From Octopus sinensis (taxonomy: Eukaryota), in the NCBI RefSeq assembly GCF_006345805.1, contig NC_042998.1:60264001-60328000 (forward strand): a stretch of DNA of 64,000 bases, written 5' to 3'. Every line of letters begins with the position of its first letter. The stretch's first letter is position 1. Below the pieces are notes generated by a model. It did not search any database, was not told the DNA's origin, and worked only from the letters and a program-made list of their open reading frames with translations. This document shows positions 14,359 to 27,789 of the stretch, in pieces. The position numbers and the translations under genes are program-made.

Positions 14359-14844
14359 GGGGGAGAGAGAGAGAGAGCTGGCTAGATAGATAAATATTCA
14401 AGCTATATGTAAAAGATAATCAAAAGAGTTATGCTGTTTTTCTCATTTTTTAATATTTTCATATATGTCCCTTGTGGTTGAATACATATAACATATTCTA
14501 AGTCCAATGATAAATTAACTCTCTGCAGAATGAAAGAGAAATTAACTTAGATATATCTATTCATATAAAGAATTCGTTAACTCACTTTTTGGCATATCAT
14601 TTAAATAATATATTGATAAAATTTTTTCCTAGTTTTGTAATAGCTGTGTTAGAAATTACATAATTCCAAAATGTTATCTGCATATCTGCATGTCTAACAC
14701 TAGACAAATATATCATATATTTCTTATATATATTTATGTTTTATATAGTTATTATACGGAGCATTAAAATGCGATTCTGTAATAAAATATGCTGGGGAAT
14801 ATAACTTAAAAGAATATATCAAATATGTAATAGAAAAATATACT

Positions 14845-15245
14845 CTTTTATTTTTACTTGTTTCAGTCATTTGACTGCGGCTATGCTGGAGCATCGCCTT
14901 TAGTCGAGCAAATCGACCCCAGAGCTTATTCGTTGTAAGGCTAGTACGTATTTTATCGGCCTCTTTTGCCGAACCGCTAAGTTACGGGGGCGTAAACACT
15001 CCAGCAGCAGTTGTCAAGCGATGTTGGGGGGGGGACAAACACAGACACACAAATATATACACACATACATATACATATATAAATACATATACGACGGGCT
15101 TCTTCCAGTTTCCATCTACCAAATCCACTCACAAGGCTTTGGTCGGCCCGAGGATAGAGTAGAAGACACTTGCCCAAGTTTCCACGCAGTGGAACGGAAC
15201 CCGGCACTATGTGGTTGGTAAGCAGGCTACTTACCACACTGCCGC
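14845..15245 (-). mobile_element. SINE family B
   Basis: Reverse-complement copy of 4355-4735. Confidence 0.88.
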
Positions 15246-15684
15246 TATTTGAAAATATCAATCTATGTTAAGTTACTTTTTTTTTATTTCGGAAGAGACA
15301 TTACATGCATTGGTTTTATTGTACTTTATTTCTCTTTCCACTTGGTTAACTATCTAACTAATTAACTAATTGACTGTTTGATTAATCGTTTGATCTCTAT
15401 TCTTTTAACAACTCTGGATAGAATTCCAAGTATGCTTTTGCATTATTTTAACCATCTGCAGTTTATTAGCTGTCCTAACCATTTAATCATTTAAGAACAA
15501 CGTGAGCAATTGTCAACTAGAAATAGCCCACACACCTCCTTCAAATGATACCGGAAATGCTATATTGGATAATATGGTACAATGTAGCTCTCTGGATTCA
15601 AGTTGATTGTGACTGTGTGTCCTCAATCAAGGTTCACTTACACTCTCCTATATAACTGTATATTTTGACAGAATGGTTGATACC

Positions 15685-15897
15685 TATTTCTTTATTACCC
15701 ACAAGGGGCTAAACATAGAGGGGACAAACAAGGACAGACATAGGTATTGAGTCGATTACATCGACCCCAGTGCGAAACTGGTACTTAGTTTATCGACCCC
15801 GAAAGGATGAAAGGCAAAGTCAACCTCGGCGGAATTTGAACTCACAACGAAATACCGCTAAGTATTTCGCCCGGCGTGCTAACGTTTCTGCCAGCTC
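15685..15897 (-). mobile_element. SINE family A
   Basis: Near-identical to 12290-12521. Confidence 0.92.
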
Positions 15898-16101
15898 TGG
15901 TTGATAGACACGGACAAAATGGATTCTGAATTTATACCTAAACTAATTTTACTTTTCCTTCTTTCGATGTCGTTGAAATGATACTCTTATGTACGTGATC
16001 AACATAAACCATAGAAATATACCCCCAGCACACATAAATGTTCTGGTTCTGTCGTCTATGTTAAGTAATTTAAGTAATTCTTTTAAATAATAACAATATA
16101 C

Positions 16102-16237
16102 CTATCTTAATTTTTGAGTTTCCTCTCCGAGATGGTTCCGGCCAATTATGAAATAAATACTTGAAATCTTCAGTTTCCTCATTTTCAATGACTCGAATTA
16201 CTTGACATAAATCTGCATTCTTCTTTTTAGAAAAACC
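16102..16237 (-). CDS. Gelsolin/villin-like gene, exon 9 (end of domain G3)
   Basis: ttttcAG / GTATAT; 136 nt, phase 0 to 1; GFSKKKNADLCQVIRVIENEETEDFKYLFHNWPEPSRRGNSKIKI matches the V.E..ET..FK..F..W domain end. Confidence 0.92.
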
Positions 16238-17307
16238 CTGAAAATGAACATTTTACATGTCAGTCACAACGATAATCATTTCCAGTTTTGTATCTAAAAT
16301 TTTAAACAACTGGAATTTATAATTCGAATGAGAGTAATATTACGACACTTAATATTTTTCTCGGGAAAACAAGCAAACCAGTTTTCAAATTACTTGTAGA
16401 GGTTACTATGACTGTTTTCTTAGAAACAATGCAAAATTGACTGTCCATCGAAACGGAGATCTCCACTGACTCAACAGTATGAAAACAATCGTTATACGAT
16501 GTCTAATCCATCTGTACATGTTTTCTTAAAGCAAATACTTGATACAAATCGTGTTAGTATTTGAAATAGATATTTTTATAACGGCTGTTTGCACATGGCA
16601 CAAAAGCGATATGCTTAATCGGTCGTCCGATCTAATATAACACGCTTGGGTGACATTAGCAGAGTCCACTATGTTACAATCGTTCAGATTAAATCTTAAA
16701 TCTTCGTTCGGAGGATAATTCTCCATTCCTAATCAAGTCTCGGAAACTCTGCAAAAATTTCTCGCTTGATTTAAGCAATTAAAACAAAAAAATTCTCGGA
16801 AGCTTGGAATGGAACGATCAAGGTGGATAGAATACAAGCTTTCAAAAGGCTAGCGTTTAGCATTCTTTCAACAGTGCTGTGAATCTTGATTGCGTCGTTG
16901 GTCATGAATTCAGTCACGAGCGATCAACGATATTCTTTCTCACGAATATAAGTCATAAGGGACCTAATCAAAGATGAGATACGAAGCGTGAACTCTTCGG
17001 GCGACGCAGTATCATCTCGGCTCTCAATCTCAGAAATGCTTATTGGTCAGAAATATACAGATGAAGTATACATGTGGTCGATCTACTTGCTAGAAATAAC
17101 AACCAATCATCCTCCTACCCATCCTACTCCTTTAAAAATGTGAAAGGCATGTATTCATAAAGTAGTCCTATATGCCACTAAAAGCACAGGTGTGTCACAG
17201 AAACAATGATTGTGTTTATTGGTGTGAAACAACAGAAGAGAACATGTTAAATATTTCGTTTTTTAATATTTTCATTGAGTGGAAATATAAAAGCTAGTTT
17301 TACTCAC

Positions 17308-17403
17308 AACAGCGTTATTCATTGCTTCTCGACGTGCTGTTTTCGGTACTAAGCGTCCAACCCAAATCCATACGTGATCTTCACTTACGATTATATACAT
17401 ATC
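17308..17403 (-). CDS. Gelsolin/villin-like gene, exon 8
   Basis: tacAG / GTGAGT; 96 nt, phase 0 to 0; DMYIIVSEDHVWIWVGRLVPKTARREAMNNAV. Confidence 0.93.
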
Positions 17404-19537
17404 CTGTATGAATTGAATAATAAAAATATTGACGGCTTTACAGTTATTGTTTTCTTTTCGTGCAAATATAGATTTCACAGCTGAACGAAGTTTCAAACTG
17501 CTAAGTAACCAATCTTGAAACCAGGGTGGTACAATTTTCAGTTGTGTAATATATGTGTCTATATATGTGCGTGTTTTTGTGTTTGCGTGTTTGTCAATAT
17601 ATGAGATTCGTTCATCTTATACTACTCCTTCAAAAATTACATCTAAATAAAAGGAAACTGAAAAATCATTTATCATACATTGTATCATGTGTGTGAAAAA
17701 CATGGAGGTGTCAATATGTACAGACAGGTTCTGCATTCTAGCTGTAAATCAGCTGGATATGTGCATTAAAACAAGTATCTCGTAACTCTTTTAATATTAA
17801 AACCTTATACGCAACAGCACACATTAATTTATTCTTTTCTTGTAGATGAATATACTGTCATTCATGTAAACGAAATAATAAGGATGGATAGGTTTACAGT
17901 TACGTTATATTTTTCGCAGTGAACTTGGTTCTTATTTAATCAATAATACGAGGATGAAATTTAATATCAAGTTCAAGTGATAGTTGAATTCATAAATGTG
18001 AGATTCGAAACTAGCAGTAAATTATCTGTTAACACAAATGTCTTCATCTCACTTTTTAGTAAAATGTTTGATTAATCATTTTAGCCGAACAATCGATCGC
18101 AAATCTTGGAGCGAGAGCTGTATATTGAACTGTATATTTTCTATTTATTAAGGGTTTGTGCAGCTGAGTGACATTATTGATACTGGCAATATCCGATCTT
18201 TTAATCTAACAGGAGAAGAGAAAATGGAGAATCTGGAATAAACTAGTAACAGTTTACATCGGAACTAAAAATTTACAGTTAATAGGATTCATGTATCATG
18301 AGACGTGAGTTCTGGCGTTTGAAGGGAAAGTATTGCGATGAAATATAGGAGGGTTTCATTTAATCTTTTACTCAAAATATAAACATAAAATATCATATGT
18401 ATGAGTTAGTAAAATACAAAGGCAAGTTTTCGAATATAACATATTGTGTCTGGAATTGATTGATATCAGACAGATTTTTCAAAGTGATCGGAAAAGGGTG
18501 ATGTAAATAAAATAAGCATCCCTATCAAATTGTGAGCAACCATTTGTGATTCTATCGATGAAATGTCTGTACAATCTTCAGAGGAGAGTTCTGCAGAATT
18601 CTGAAGAATTCTGTAAAATGTTCTCATCCCTTTACTGCGTTAATACGAAATCTTGAGCTCAATAATACGAAGCATTCGTCAATAAAAGGGTAATCATGGT
18701 TGTTAGTATAGTAAAATACTCAGCCATACGGTACCTGTTTATGACCAGGTGATGTGAGCCAGCAAGTATTGAATAGTTTTACTGTAAAAAGTACTTTAGA
18801 ATTATATTGCTTAGGTCATTTTCTATGTCGATACAGCGATTTCATTCAGTACTACAAAATAATGGCAGTGACACATCTTTTCTTATTACATAAATAAATA
18901 TTTTTTTCAAAAACAAGATATATGGCAAACTACTTTTGTATACCACAACATTTATTCTCACAAAATGGTACAAAAACTACTAGCACAACAGTTCTGAGCT
19001 GATCCTTTCTTTGATTATTTGCTAAAGTGTCCAACCTGTTATCTCAGAAATTATTGGAGGTACAAAGATCGAAGAATATATCAAAGTTAAGTCAGATAAA
19101 AAAAAAACAATCATTAATATTTATTCTTTTTTCTTTCCTAATTTTTTCTTTCATATATTGGGAAACTTATATAGCTGATCATCATTTATATTCAACTTAA
19201 GTCATTTTGTTGTGTTATATTCAATATGCCTTATGCAGGCAGAGCAACATATTACGAGAAAAATGAAGTCAATTACAAAAAGAAATAGAAATGAAATTAA
19301 GTGTTAAAAGCACCTAAATGAATAGCAACATAATATAATTCCAAATACATTTATATACTGACTGTATAAGTGCAGAAAATTTCATCTTGCTTCTATTAGG
19401 CAACATTTTTTCATTCATGTTAAGTCAAATATTTTTTCTCATTATGTATTGGGATGAGCAGGAATAAATATTTCACGTGTTTCACATTATAACTGTTAAT
19501 GAATTTTTGCATTCATGTTTTGTTTTTCATTTATTAC

Positions 19538-19616
19538 CTTTGATTGCAAATCTGAATAAGACAGAGGACCATTCTTTAGCTCTGTTACTTTTAAAACACC
19601 ATCTTCATCACAGCAT
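19538..19616 (-). CDS. Gelsolin/villin-like gene, exon 7
   Basis: ccgtAG / GTAATA; 79 nt, phase 2 to 0; CCDEDGVLKVTELKNGPLSYSDLQSK. Confidence 0.93.
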
Positions 19617-20005
19617 CTACGGTAAATAAAGTAAAATATTTAAAAATTAAACATCTATTTATTTATGTATAGAATTTAAACATCCTAGGATAAATGGTAA
19701 ACCATGGCACACAGAGAAAGGTATATAGTTCTTATTATACATCAGAAGAGACAAAAACAAAAAAACTAAATCGAAGGATAAGAAAGAAGAAATGTGGATA
19801 AAGAACAGCTAGACGTTTCTTTCATTTCATTTTCTAGCCTCTTCAGATTTGAAGATCTTATTTATGATTGGTAGATCCTTCAAAATAAATTACATCTACA
19901 GCCCTGGTAAATTACCTGAGACTATTTTTTATATATCCTCTCTCTCTCGAACAGCAATTTTGCTGTTAATACATTGAATGGGCAAATAAGTAAGTCTTTA
20001 CTCAC

Positions 20006-20112
20006 ATATACAACCGCAAAGTTTTTTCGAAATTTTCATTTTCAGAGTCATCAGATATTTGTTCATGTTTGCCAAGATTCTTCATTGCTAATGGTAAATA
20101 TCTGTTGAAAAG
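20006..20112 (-). CDS. Gelsolin/villin-like gene, exon 6 (G2-G3 linker)
   Basis: ttatgcAG / GTGAGT; 107 nt, phase 0 to 2; [35 protein letters not shown](I). Confidence 0.9.
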
Positions 20113-20133
20113 CTGCATAAAAAATGTACATCC

Positions 20134-20170
<37 letters not shown>

Positions 20171-20174
<4 letters not shown>

Positions 20175-20257
20175 TGGATAACCTATATCCCATCGTGGGT
20201 TACCCTCATAACCCCTATCTTACTTTGTACTATATATATATACATACATACATATAC

Positions 20258-20325
<68 letters not shown>

Positions 20326-20870
20326 GTATGTATGTATATATATATATAGTACAAAGTAAGATAGGGGTTATGAGGGTAACCCACTATGGGATATAAGTTA
20401 TCCAATATACTGCTGGTGAAGTACCCAGAAACTAAATACATAAATGCTTATAATTGCAATGCAATTAATTCATTTGTTGTATTGAATGGGTGAAGGTAAA
20501 AAATATTTTACCGTAAATTCATAATACAAATAAGAAAATGGAGGAACAAATTCATTTCGATCACCAACTTACGGATATTACAATTTCATATTATTTATTA
20601 ATTATACAAATAGAAACATGAAAATCGAACAAAACAATATACATCAATATGCAAGTTAATAATAAAATAAAAGTAATACAAATAAACTGCTCCTTACAGC
20701 TGTTTCAGCCTATGGTCAAGAGCAATACACCTTAAATTGCTCATATATGCCATTGTAGTATAGTCTTAGGCATTAAAGATTATATTTGTCTGTTTAAATA
20801 ACCAAAGGCCTCGTCAGAGGATATACATAACTACAAAGTTATAATAATATAATAATAATAATAATATTGA
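20171..20870 (-). mobile_element. Penelope-type fold-back element: inverted arms around (TA)n plus a hammerhead motif
   Basis: Arms about 20171-20250 and 20330-20409; 20390-20640 is homologous to 62790-63000; hammerhead at 20691-20821. Confidence 0.7.
20691..20821 (-). ncRNA. Type I hammerhead ribozyme motif with long stem II insert
   Basis: UCCU|CUGACGA|GGCCU..~100 nt..AGGCU|GAA|ACAGCUGU|A|AGGA; palindromic stem III; predicted cleavage after GUA (20695/20694). Confidence 0.8.
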
Positions 20871-20946
20871 TATATAAAACAAAACATGCTTCCCATACTA
20901 TCCAATAAGAACAGGAAAATAAATGGTAAAACAGACACTCAAAATA

Positions 20947-20990
<44 letters not shown>

Positions 20991-20999
20991 TACAGCTTG

Positions 21000-21470
21000 A
21001 TTTTTTTATTTTGTTTTAGTTCTTTTTTAACTATTTGTCGTCCTTTCTGTCTGACGTATTATTTTTGCATATCGTTCCTCCATCTTACCTTTGCCCTTCT
21101 TTCTATGATTGCATTTATCCGTCCAAGATCTCTCTAGATCTGTTTATTCTCGTTCTCAAGCCTTCGATTCCACCATGGAACTTTTTCCATTGCTTTTCTT
21201 TGACTTTTCACATCAAGAATTTGCACAGTGACAGCGGCTGCGCAGTATATAAGGCCGTTTAGATCTGTTATATGTTCGATGTAGATTTTTGTGAACAGTC
21301 TGTCCATCTTTTTCAATACTTTACACAGTTTTCCTCTTTCAGTTCCTCTTAGAGTTGGTAGCCTCTTTCTTTCGCTATTTCGTGCCTCGTTCAGGTGTGG
21401 TAGTTCGTTTCTTTCTTCCTTTGTAACAGTCTTCTCCATCACAAAGTAAAACTGTTGTTGTTTTTGTTGT
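21000..21470 (-). mobile_element. R4/Dong-type non-LTR retrotransposon N-terminal fragment
   Basis: RKRLPTLRG..ITDLNGLIYCAA..KVPWWNRRLE..RDLGRI..ELKQ. Confidence 0.65.
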
Positions 21471-21791
21471 TGTTGCACATTTTGCTTACTCCCAGTTCGG
21501 CTCTGATCGGGTAGAGCTGTGGTCAAAATTATGACAATATAACCATACCGTTCGTTCAAGGGAATCTAAGAATACATTATCTAATAGGGTCATAAATCAA
21601 TGGATAATTAGTTGTCTTTTTTGTTTGTTTGTTGGGACTGAACCCGGAACCATGTGGTTGGTTAGCGAGCTACTTACCACACAGCCACTCCTGCGCCTAC
21701 ATACTCTTACAATGTTATCTAGATGCGAACCTCCAATCATTCCACCAACATTTTAGTGTATTAACAACTTAAGCTGGTGACACTAACTTAC

Positions 21792-21896
21792 CTGAAATTC
21801 ATCTTTCTTCAGTTTTCCTTCTTCTCCATCGTTGACAATGATAACCTGAACTTTGCTGACACGTTGCGTATTCAAATATTGAGTTATCTGAGCGGC
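21792..21896 (-). CDS. Gelsolin/villin-like gene, exon 5
   Basis: ttttttctttctAG / GTAAGT; 105 nt, phase 0 to 0; AAQITQYLNTQRVSKVQVIIVNDGEEGKLKKDEFQ. Confidence 0.93.
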
Positions 21897-22106
21897 CTAG
21901 AAAGAAAAAAAACTTAGATACTTATCTAATTCAATTGTAGAAACTAAACATGCAAGCGTCGTGGATCTGTTTGCAGATGCAGAAATAAAGCAAACGAATA
22001 AGAGAAAAGATGTGAATTTTACATATATTATTAAATATTATTTTATTCATAACATTATTAGAGAGAAAGAATAACATACATACATGCTTACGTACGTACA
22101 TATATG

Positions 22107-22156
<50 letters not shown>

Positions 22157-22222
22157 CACATATATATAATATATCTATAACATAAATATAGATAGATATA
22201 TACACATGTATGTGTATGTATG

Positions 22223-22256
<34 letters not shown>

Positions 22257-22363
22257 AACATATATACATGTATATACATAATATATCTACATATATCTAC
22301 AATATATATATATGTGTGTGTGTTTGTGTGTGTGTGTACATGTATATACATAATATACATACA

Positions 22364-22409
<46 letters not shown>

Positions 22410-23149
22410 TAAAGATGCAAAATCACTGTAGTACTCCAGCATAACCGTAGCCACATAGCTGAAATGAATTAAAGAATACATACATAATATATTTATATAT
22501 TTATAATATATGTGTGTGTGTAATATGACATAATTTATTATGCCGAAAGTCAACTTGTTCTAATTTGTTTTTTACAATCTTTTTAGTATGGATTTTTCCT
22601 ATTTCTTTTATCTTTATGAATTTAGGAACATTAATATTCCTAGTTTCATATAAATGTATTAATCAGTCCGCTAAAACACGTTGTTGTACGTTGTATATTT
22701 AATGTAACACTTAATCATTAAATTTACAACTTTTCATGTTTGCTTTTGAATTTGAGAATTTCATAACTCCACTCGTCGGCTCGATGTAGTGAATATTTTA
22801 CACAATATTTCTAATTTTTGTTTTTTCTATAATATATTGTTAATAGCGGGATGCATATTGTGGAGTGTTTGAGTTGTTTTACAACATATTTATAAATATG
22901 AAATCATAGTGTGTTTTTGTTTTGTTTTTATTGAAAAAATAATACAGCTCTGCAATGTATCAGGAGGCATTTCATGTTTTTTCTTGTTCCAACCATAATA
23001 AATATTGCTGTGTAATGTTCTACAGCTTAGTCTACTAAATAATTTATACATCCATTATGGCATAAGGTCTGTATTATCATATTAATTTCCTTTCACTGTG
23101 CTTTGTTTATTATATGTTGATGCTTTATATTTCAGGTTGGTGAAATCTA

Positions 23150-23570
23150 ATTACAGATTGGCTGAATTTCTACAGGCGAGGTATTGACAAAAGAGTATCC
23201 ATGAAACTCGGTTGAAGTAAAATGCACGAGTAGGACCTCCAAGACTGTGACCGCTAGGGATTTAAGGGACATTGACCGTAAGTTACATGGGAAACCTGGG
23301 CAAAGAAGTAAAGATATCCTCACTGCCTCCGGACTTCATGTACCGAAAACTACCAGAAATCACATCCTCGAGGCCATTGCTTCCGTGCGAGAAACATGCA
23401 ACTGCCTCCTTTAATGCCCCGTGACAGGAGTTTGAGGCTGCAATGACGTTAGACTTGAGTTGTGTTTTGTTCACTGACAAAAACCAAGGCAACCCTTGAT
23501 GAACTCTACGGTTGGGTCTATTTTGGAGATGAGCGTCACCAACGTCTATGACGTCAACAACAGGGTGAGT
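23150..23570 (+). mobile_element. Tc1-like transposase fragment (RATLDGPDGW-type family)
   Basis: Frameshifted VLFTD..RATLD.L.GW...RL.RQQG motif. Confidence 0.7.
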
Positions 23571-23869
23571 GTGTAAGATAATAAGGCATTAAGACAGTAT
23601 AACTCTACCTATTTGCTTTAACATATGAATTCACATAAAAAATCGTACATATATTTATATATACGTGTGTGTTTATATAAGTATTTATATAAACTATATA
23701 AACATGTATAGTAGCTCTTTTAGACATGCCCTCGATCACTTAGACAGCCACAGTGACTAGCTACGATGATGATACAAAAATATCACAGGAAATAAAGATC
23801 TCTGACAATGTCCTGGAGTAACAGCAGTGCCTAAGTGCAATTTACAAGTGAGCTGAAGAAAACAACGTA

Positions 23870-24620
23870 CATAATGCTAGGAAATTTCTAGCACTGCGCT
23901 ATCAGCTCACAAATGCAACGCAACTTACATATAGGCACTGTAATCCCAGACAGTGGGAGACCTAGGGATCAGTATGTGTAATGATGCATCGTTTCATATC
24001 CACACTACCAAGATGGCAACACAATGCAGACAACTGGCAGGATGGATACTAAAGTCCTTCAAGGCAAGAGACCAAGTGATCACGTTCACCCAGTGGAAGA
24101 CCTTTGTTCTCAGCTGGCTGTAATTATCACATAGCGTCAAACTAAGAGCGGAGCTTGAAGTGGCCTAACGTCACTGCACTAAAAGGATTGTAACAGTGCA
24201 GCAGCTGAATAAAGGGAGATGTTGAAAAAACTACGACTTTGTCTCTTGGAGCAAGGACATGACAGATATATAATAATCTGCATATGGAAAATACTGGAAG
24301 TGCTAGTAACTAATTTCGGCATTGAGTGTTTCACTGTTACACAAATGCTCGAAATGGACGTCATTTTATCGTAGTAAAGGTGTCGTCCTCCCCATCTAAG
24401 GTCAGGACCAAGTACTGCAATAGCTTTAGGTTCAAATGCCCACATCTCTTCAATGCCCTACCAAAAATATTAAGCAATCTACACACCGTGAATGTATTTA
24501 AAAAAAACTGGACATTCTCCTATCTACAATACCAGATGAACCAATTGTCCCGGCATAAGATACAGATGATGGCAGCAGCACCAAACTACCCCGTACACCA
24601 AAAGAGAAAAAACACATCCA
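23870..24620 (+). mobile_element. CR1-group LINE 3' fragment, decayed
   Basis: DLGISMCNDASFH, LAGWILKSFKARD, YCNSFRFKCPHLFNALPK, LDILLSTIPDEP. Confidence 0.85.
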
Positions 24621-25006
24621 GGAATGTATCGTTAATATAAAATTCTCACGACCGTGAAGAAATCAGCCAAAGATTGATATCTAAAAGTACAAAATCACGG
24701 TGGTGCTCCAGCATGACCACTGCCTCTATTTATAGACAATTACTTATATCCAACTGACTATTCCTAATGTCTTATTTCCTCTCTGAGGAAAAGGGATACA
24801 TATGTTAGTACATATGTTAATATATGTATGTGTGTGTGTGTATGTATGAGTGTATATACGTAAGGGATTGTAATTCCTTTCTAATTCATTTATCTCCTTA
24901 TCAACTATGTATGTATGTAATGTATGTGTGCATGTACGTAGATATTCATGTATGTAGAAAGAGGTAAAACAGACGAACACAGAGATAGATAAATAATTCA
25001 TCTCAC

Positions 25007-25117
25007 CTTTATTTTTTCATACACGTTCGCTCTTTTTCCTATCCAAATAAACATACATTCTTTAATGTCGAGAATATAGACATCATTGTTATTCACATTG
25101 CACCATCCCATCGGTAA
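25007..25117 (-). CDS. Gelsolin/villin-like gene, exon 4 (domain G2)
   Basis: tttattttcAG / GTGAGA; 111 nt, phase 0 to 0; LPMGWCNVNNNDVYILDIKECMFIWIGKRANVYEKIK. Confidence 0.95.
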
Positions 25118-25499
25118 CTGAAAATAAATCAATCTTAAATAGTTTTGCATATTCACAAAAGATGGTTATATATTATGCGGAGAGAAATATAACTTTCACG
25201 TTAAAAAAATAATTGTTGGTTTACTTTTTAAAATCTCCACGAAAGTTTTATTAGAAATATTTCACAAATTACATTTATTTAATAGTGGCTTTGTGATAAG
25301 GCCACAAATTTAGGTGAGGTTGATGTCGTTGGAAATAATGCAGTTTTTGGCTGGTACTTATTTTTATCGACCCTGGAGGAATAAAATGCAAAGTCAACTT
25401 GGGCTGAATTTGAGCTCAAACTAAGTTACTGTCGTAATATTTACCATATACCGTAATTTATTTATTGCGTTCTTTTATATGTTCAGTCCTTCATCGGTT

Positions 25500-25750
25500 T
25501 CTGCTGGCACTTCATCGCTTATACGACGAGAACAGCCTGCTTGTGAAATTAACGTGGAAGTGGCTGACTATTCCACAGACACGTGAACTCTTAACGTACT
25601 TCTCACAGATATTCAACGACACACAGAATGTGACATAGCAACGTGAAATAAGGTGCCTTGCTTAAGGACACAACGCGTAACCGGGAATTGAACTCACGAT
25701 CTCACGATCATGAGCCGAACATCCTAACCGTTAAACCACGCGTCTTCACT
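25500..25750 (-). mobile_element. tRNA-derived SINE family C
   Basis: Minus-strand head GACGCGTGGTTTAACGGTTAGG...GTGAGTTCAATTCCCGG with A and B boxes. Confidence 0.75.
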
Positions 25751-26180
25751 CTTAAGTATATTTAATAATGATATCTAGCTTATTCACAGTACCTATTTTT
25801 GAAATACTCAATAAGATTTCTTACTGTCCTACTGGCATTTAGGCTTACGTCCCCAGTGAATTCAAGTCATGGTCGATCTAAATAGAATTAATGTAAATCT
25901 ATGACATAAATGACTGGAGGCCAAAATGATATGAAACCTGAGAAGGCTTTACTTTTTATTTATTTATTTATTTATCTATGTGTCTATGTATCTATTTATT
26001 CTAAGCGTTTTGGTACGACAACAGCGTCAACAGAACACTTGTTTACCTTGTAATAATAATGCCTTTTGCTGCAATGTCTGTTCTCCACGTGAGAGAACAA
26101 CCTGTATGAGATATGATGTCGCCAACATATAAGCTTATTCCCGTCACGACACACACTCTCTCTCTCTCTCCCTGTCCCTC

Positions 26181-26213
<33 letters not shown>

Positions 26214-26224
26214 ATATCTATCTA

Positions 26225-26257
<33 letters not shown>

Positions 26258-26707
26258 ATTTATCTATCTCCAACCCCCAAGACTGATGAAAAGGACCACT
26301 CTCTGGAGAGGGATTTCCGGTACCTGGTCATTAATAGCTGGAAACACGCCATCAGAATAATCCTGAATGATAAAATACATAAATATAATGCACACGTATC
26401 CTTCCTGCTTCCTCGAAATTTCCCATTTGACCTCACTTTATGAAGAATATATATATTCGATGAGATTCTTTTCTACAGATGTATGTTTATAAAAAGAAAA
26501 ACGTAGTTAAATATACATTATACACATCAGTTTGAGAGATAGAAGAGCAATAGGTGCACACCGCCATTTAAACTTGTTTCTTTTTATTTGAAATTAATAA
26601 TCATAACGCAAATCTTTTTACAGTGAAAATCTTTGCTGTTAATTTATTCATAAAATTCAGTTTCTGCTTGATAGCTTTTACGTCAAATTTTACCTGTCTT
26701 TTCTCAC

Positions 26708-26810
26708 CTGGTTCAGTTTCAAGTTACGCTTTCCTTTCACGTGCCACAACTTCTCTTCATAATGTTGTTTGATGCTGTATAAGTCAAACAGATATCCTCC
26801 AGATTCATAT
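26708..26810 (-). CDS. Gelsolin/villin-like gene, exon 3 (G1-G2 linker)
   Basis: gtgtttcAG / GTGAGA; 103 nt, phase 2 to 0; (T)YESGGYLFDLYSIKQHYEEKLWHVKGKRNLKLNQ. Confidence 0.94.
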
Positions 26811-27789
26811 CTGAAACACACATCAGAGATATATTTAGCGAACGAATATTTTATGCAGAAGGTCGAACCAAAAACCTAATATTTTAAAACTTAATGTTAC
26901 TTAATGACACAAGTGGTAACATGTGCTCCTTTCTGATATTTCCTTCAACTTATGCCTATGATGCATTTCTAAAAGCCATGATTGCAGAAAACATTTTATT
27001 TCTCCCTAACCATAAATCAGCAGCGTTGTACGTTGTCAAAACAAACTTGTATTTGTGAAGCATATATAATATAGCTTACACATTTATGGCTGGTTTCAGA
27101 TAAAAATCAATCAAACAACGATAAAAATCGCAAAACCTATAAACAAAGCATTTTCCAGCAATAAATTTCTCGATGCTCAGTATTTATTGACCTACAGCAT
27201 TATTTAACGCTGTCTGCTATAAACTTTCTTAAAAGACTTGAAAAAAGAAATGCAAATATTATACAAAAACCAATAAAAATCTGCAAATATCTTTCAAACG
27301 TAACAAATATGTAACAAGATCCTGTGATCCACAATGCTGTATTTTATAACCTGCAATATATATAATCTATGTATAATTTATGAAGGTGGAAAAATGAGAT
27401 AAATCGTAGACCAGAGAGCTGTTATTTAATATTTAGTTCTGGCCCTCTAAATTCGCGAGTTAGCTTTGATTTGTCATCCTTCCAGCGTTAATAATTTATA
27501 AGATATAGCTAGATGTAATTCAACCGGTTATACCGATCCCTAACAAAATATGTAATCGTGATTTAATGTAATATTATTTTGTTTGACTCATTGCATGTTC
27601 ACTGTTACACCTTAAGCAGCCTTTGCTATGGAACGAAATAAAAGACATAATCAAAATCTTGTATACAATGAAGCAAATTCGGAATTTTACACTTTGAATG
27701 GCCAAAAGTATGGGAGGCATCAATGACATTATTGAGATCTTGGAATAATGAAGCAAGCATGATTTTTACACCTTGGGTAAACAGAACTA

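Noticed and set aside
22530-23150. Possible PLE RT C-terminal remnant on the minus strand
   Set aside because: Similarity too weak to support by eye.
26282-26350. CUGAUGA...GAAAC on the plus strand
   Set aside because: No stem III or UH site and no stem I.
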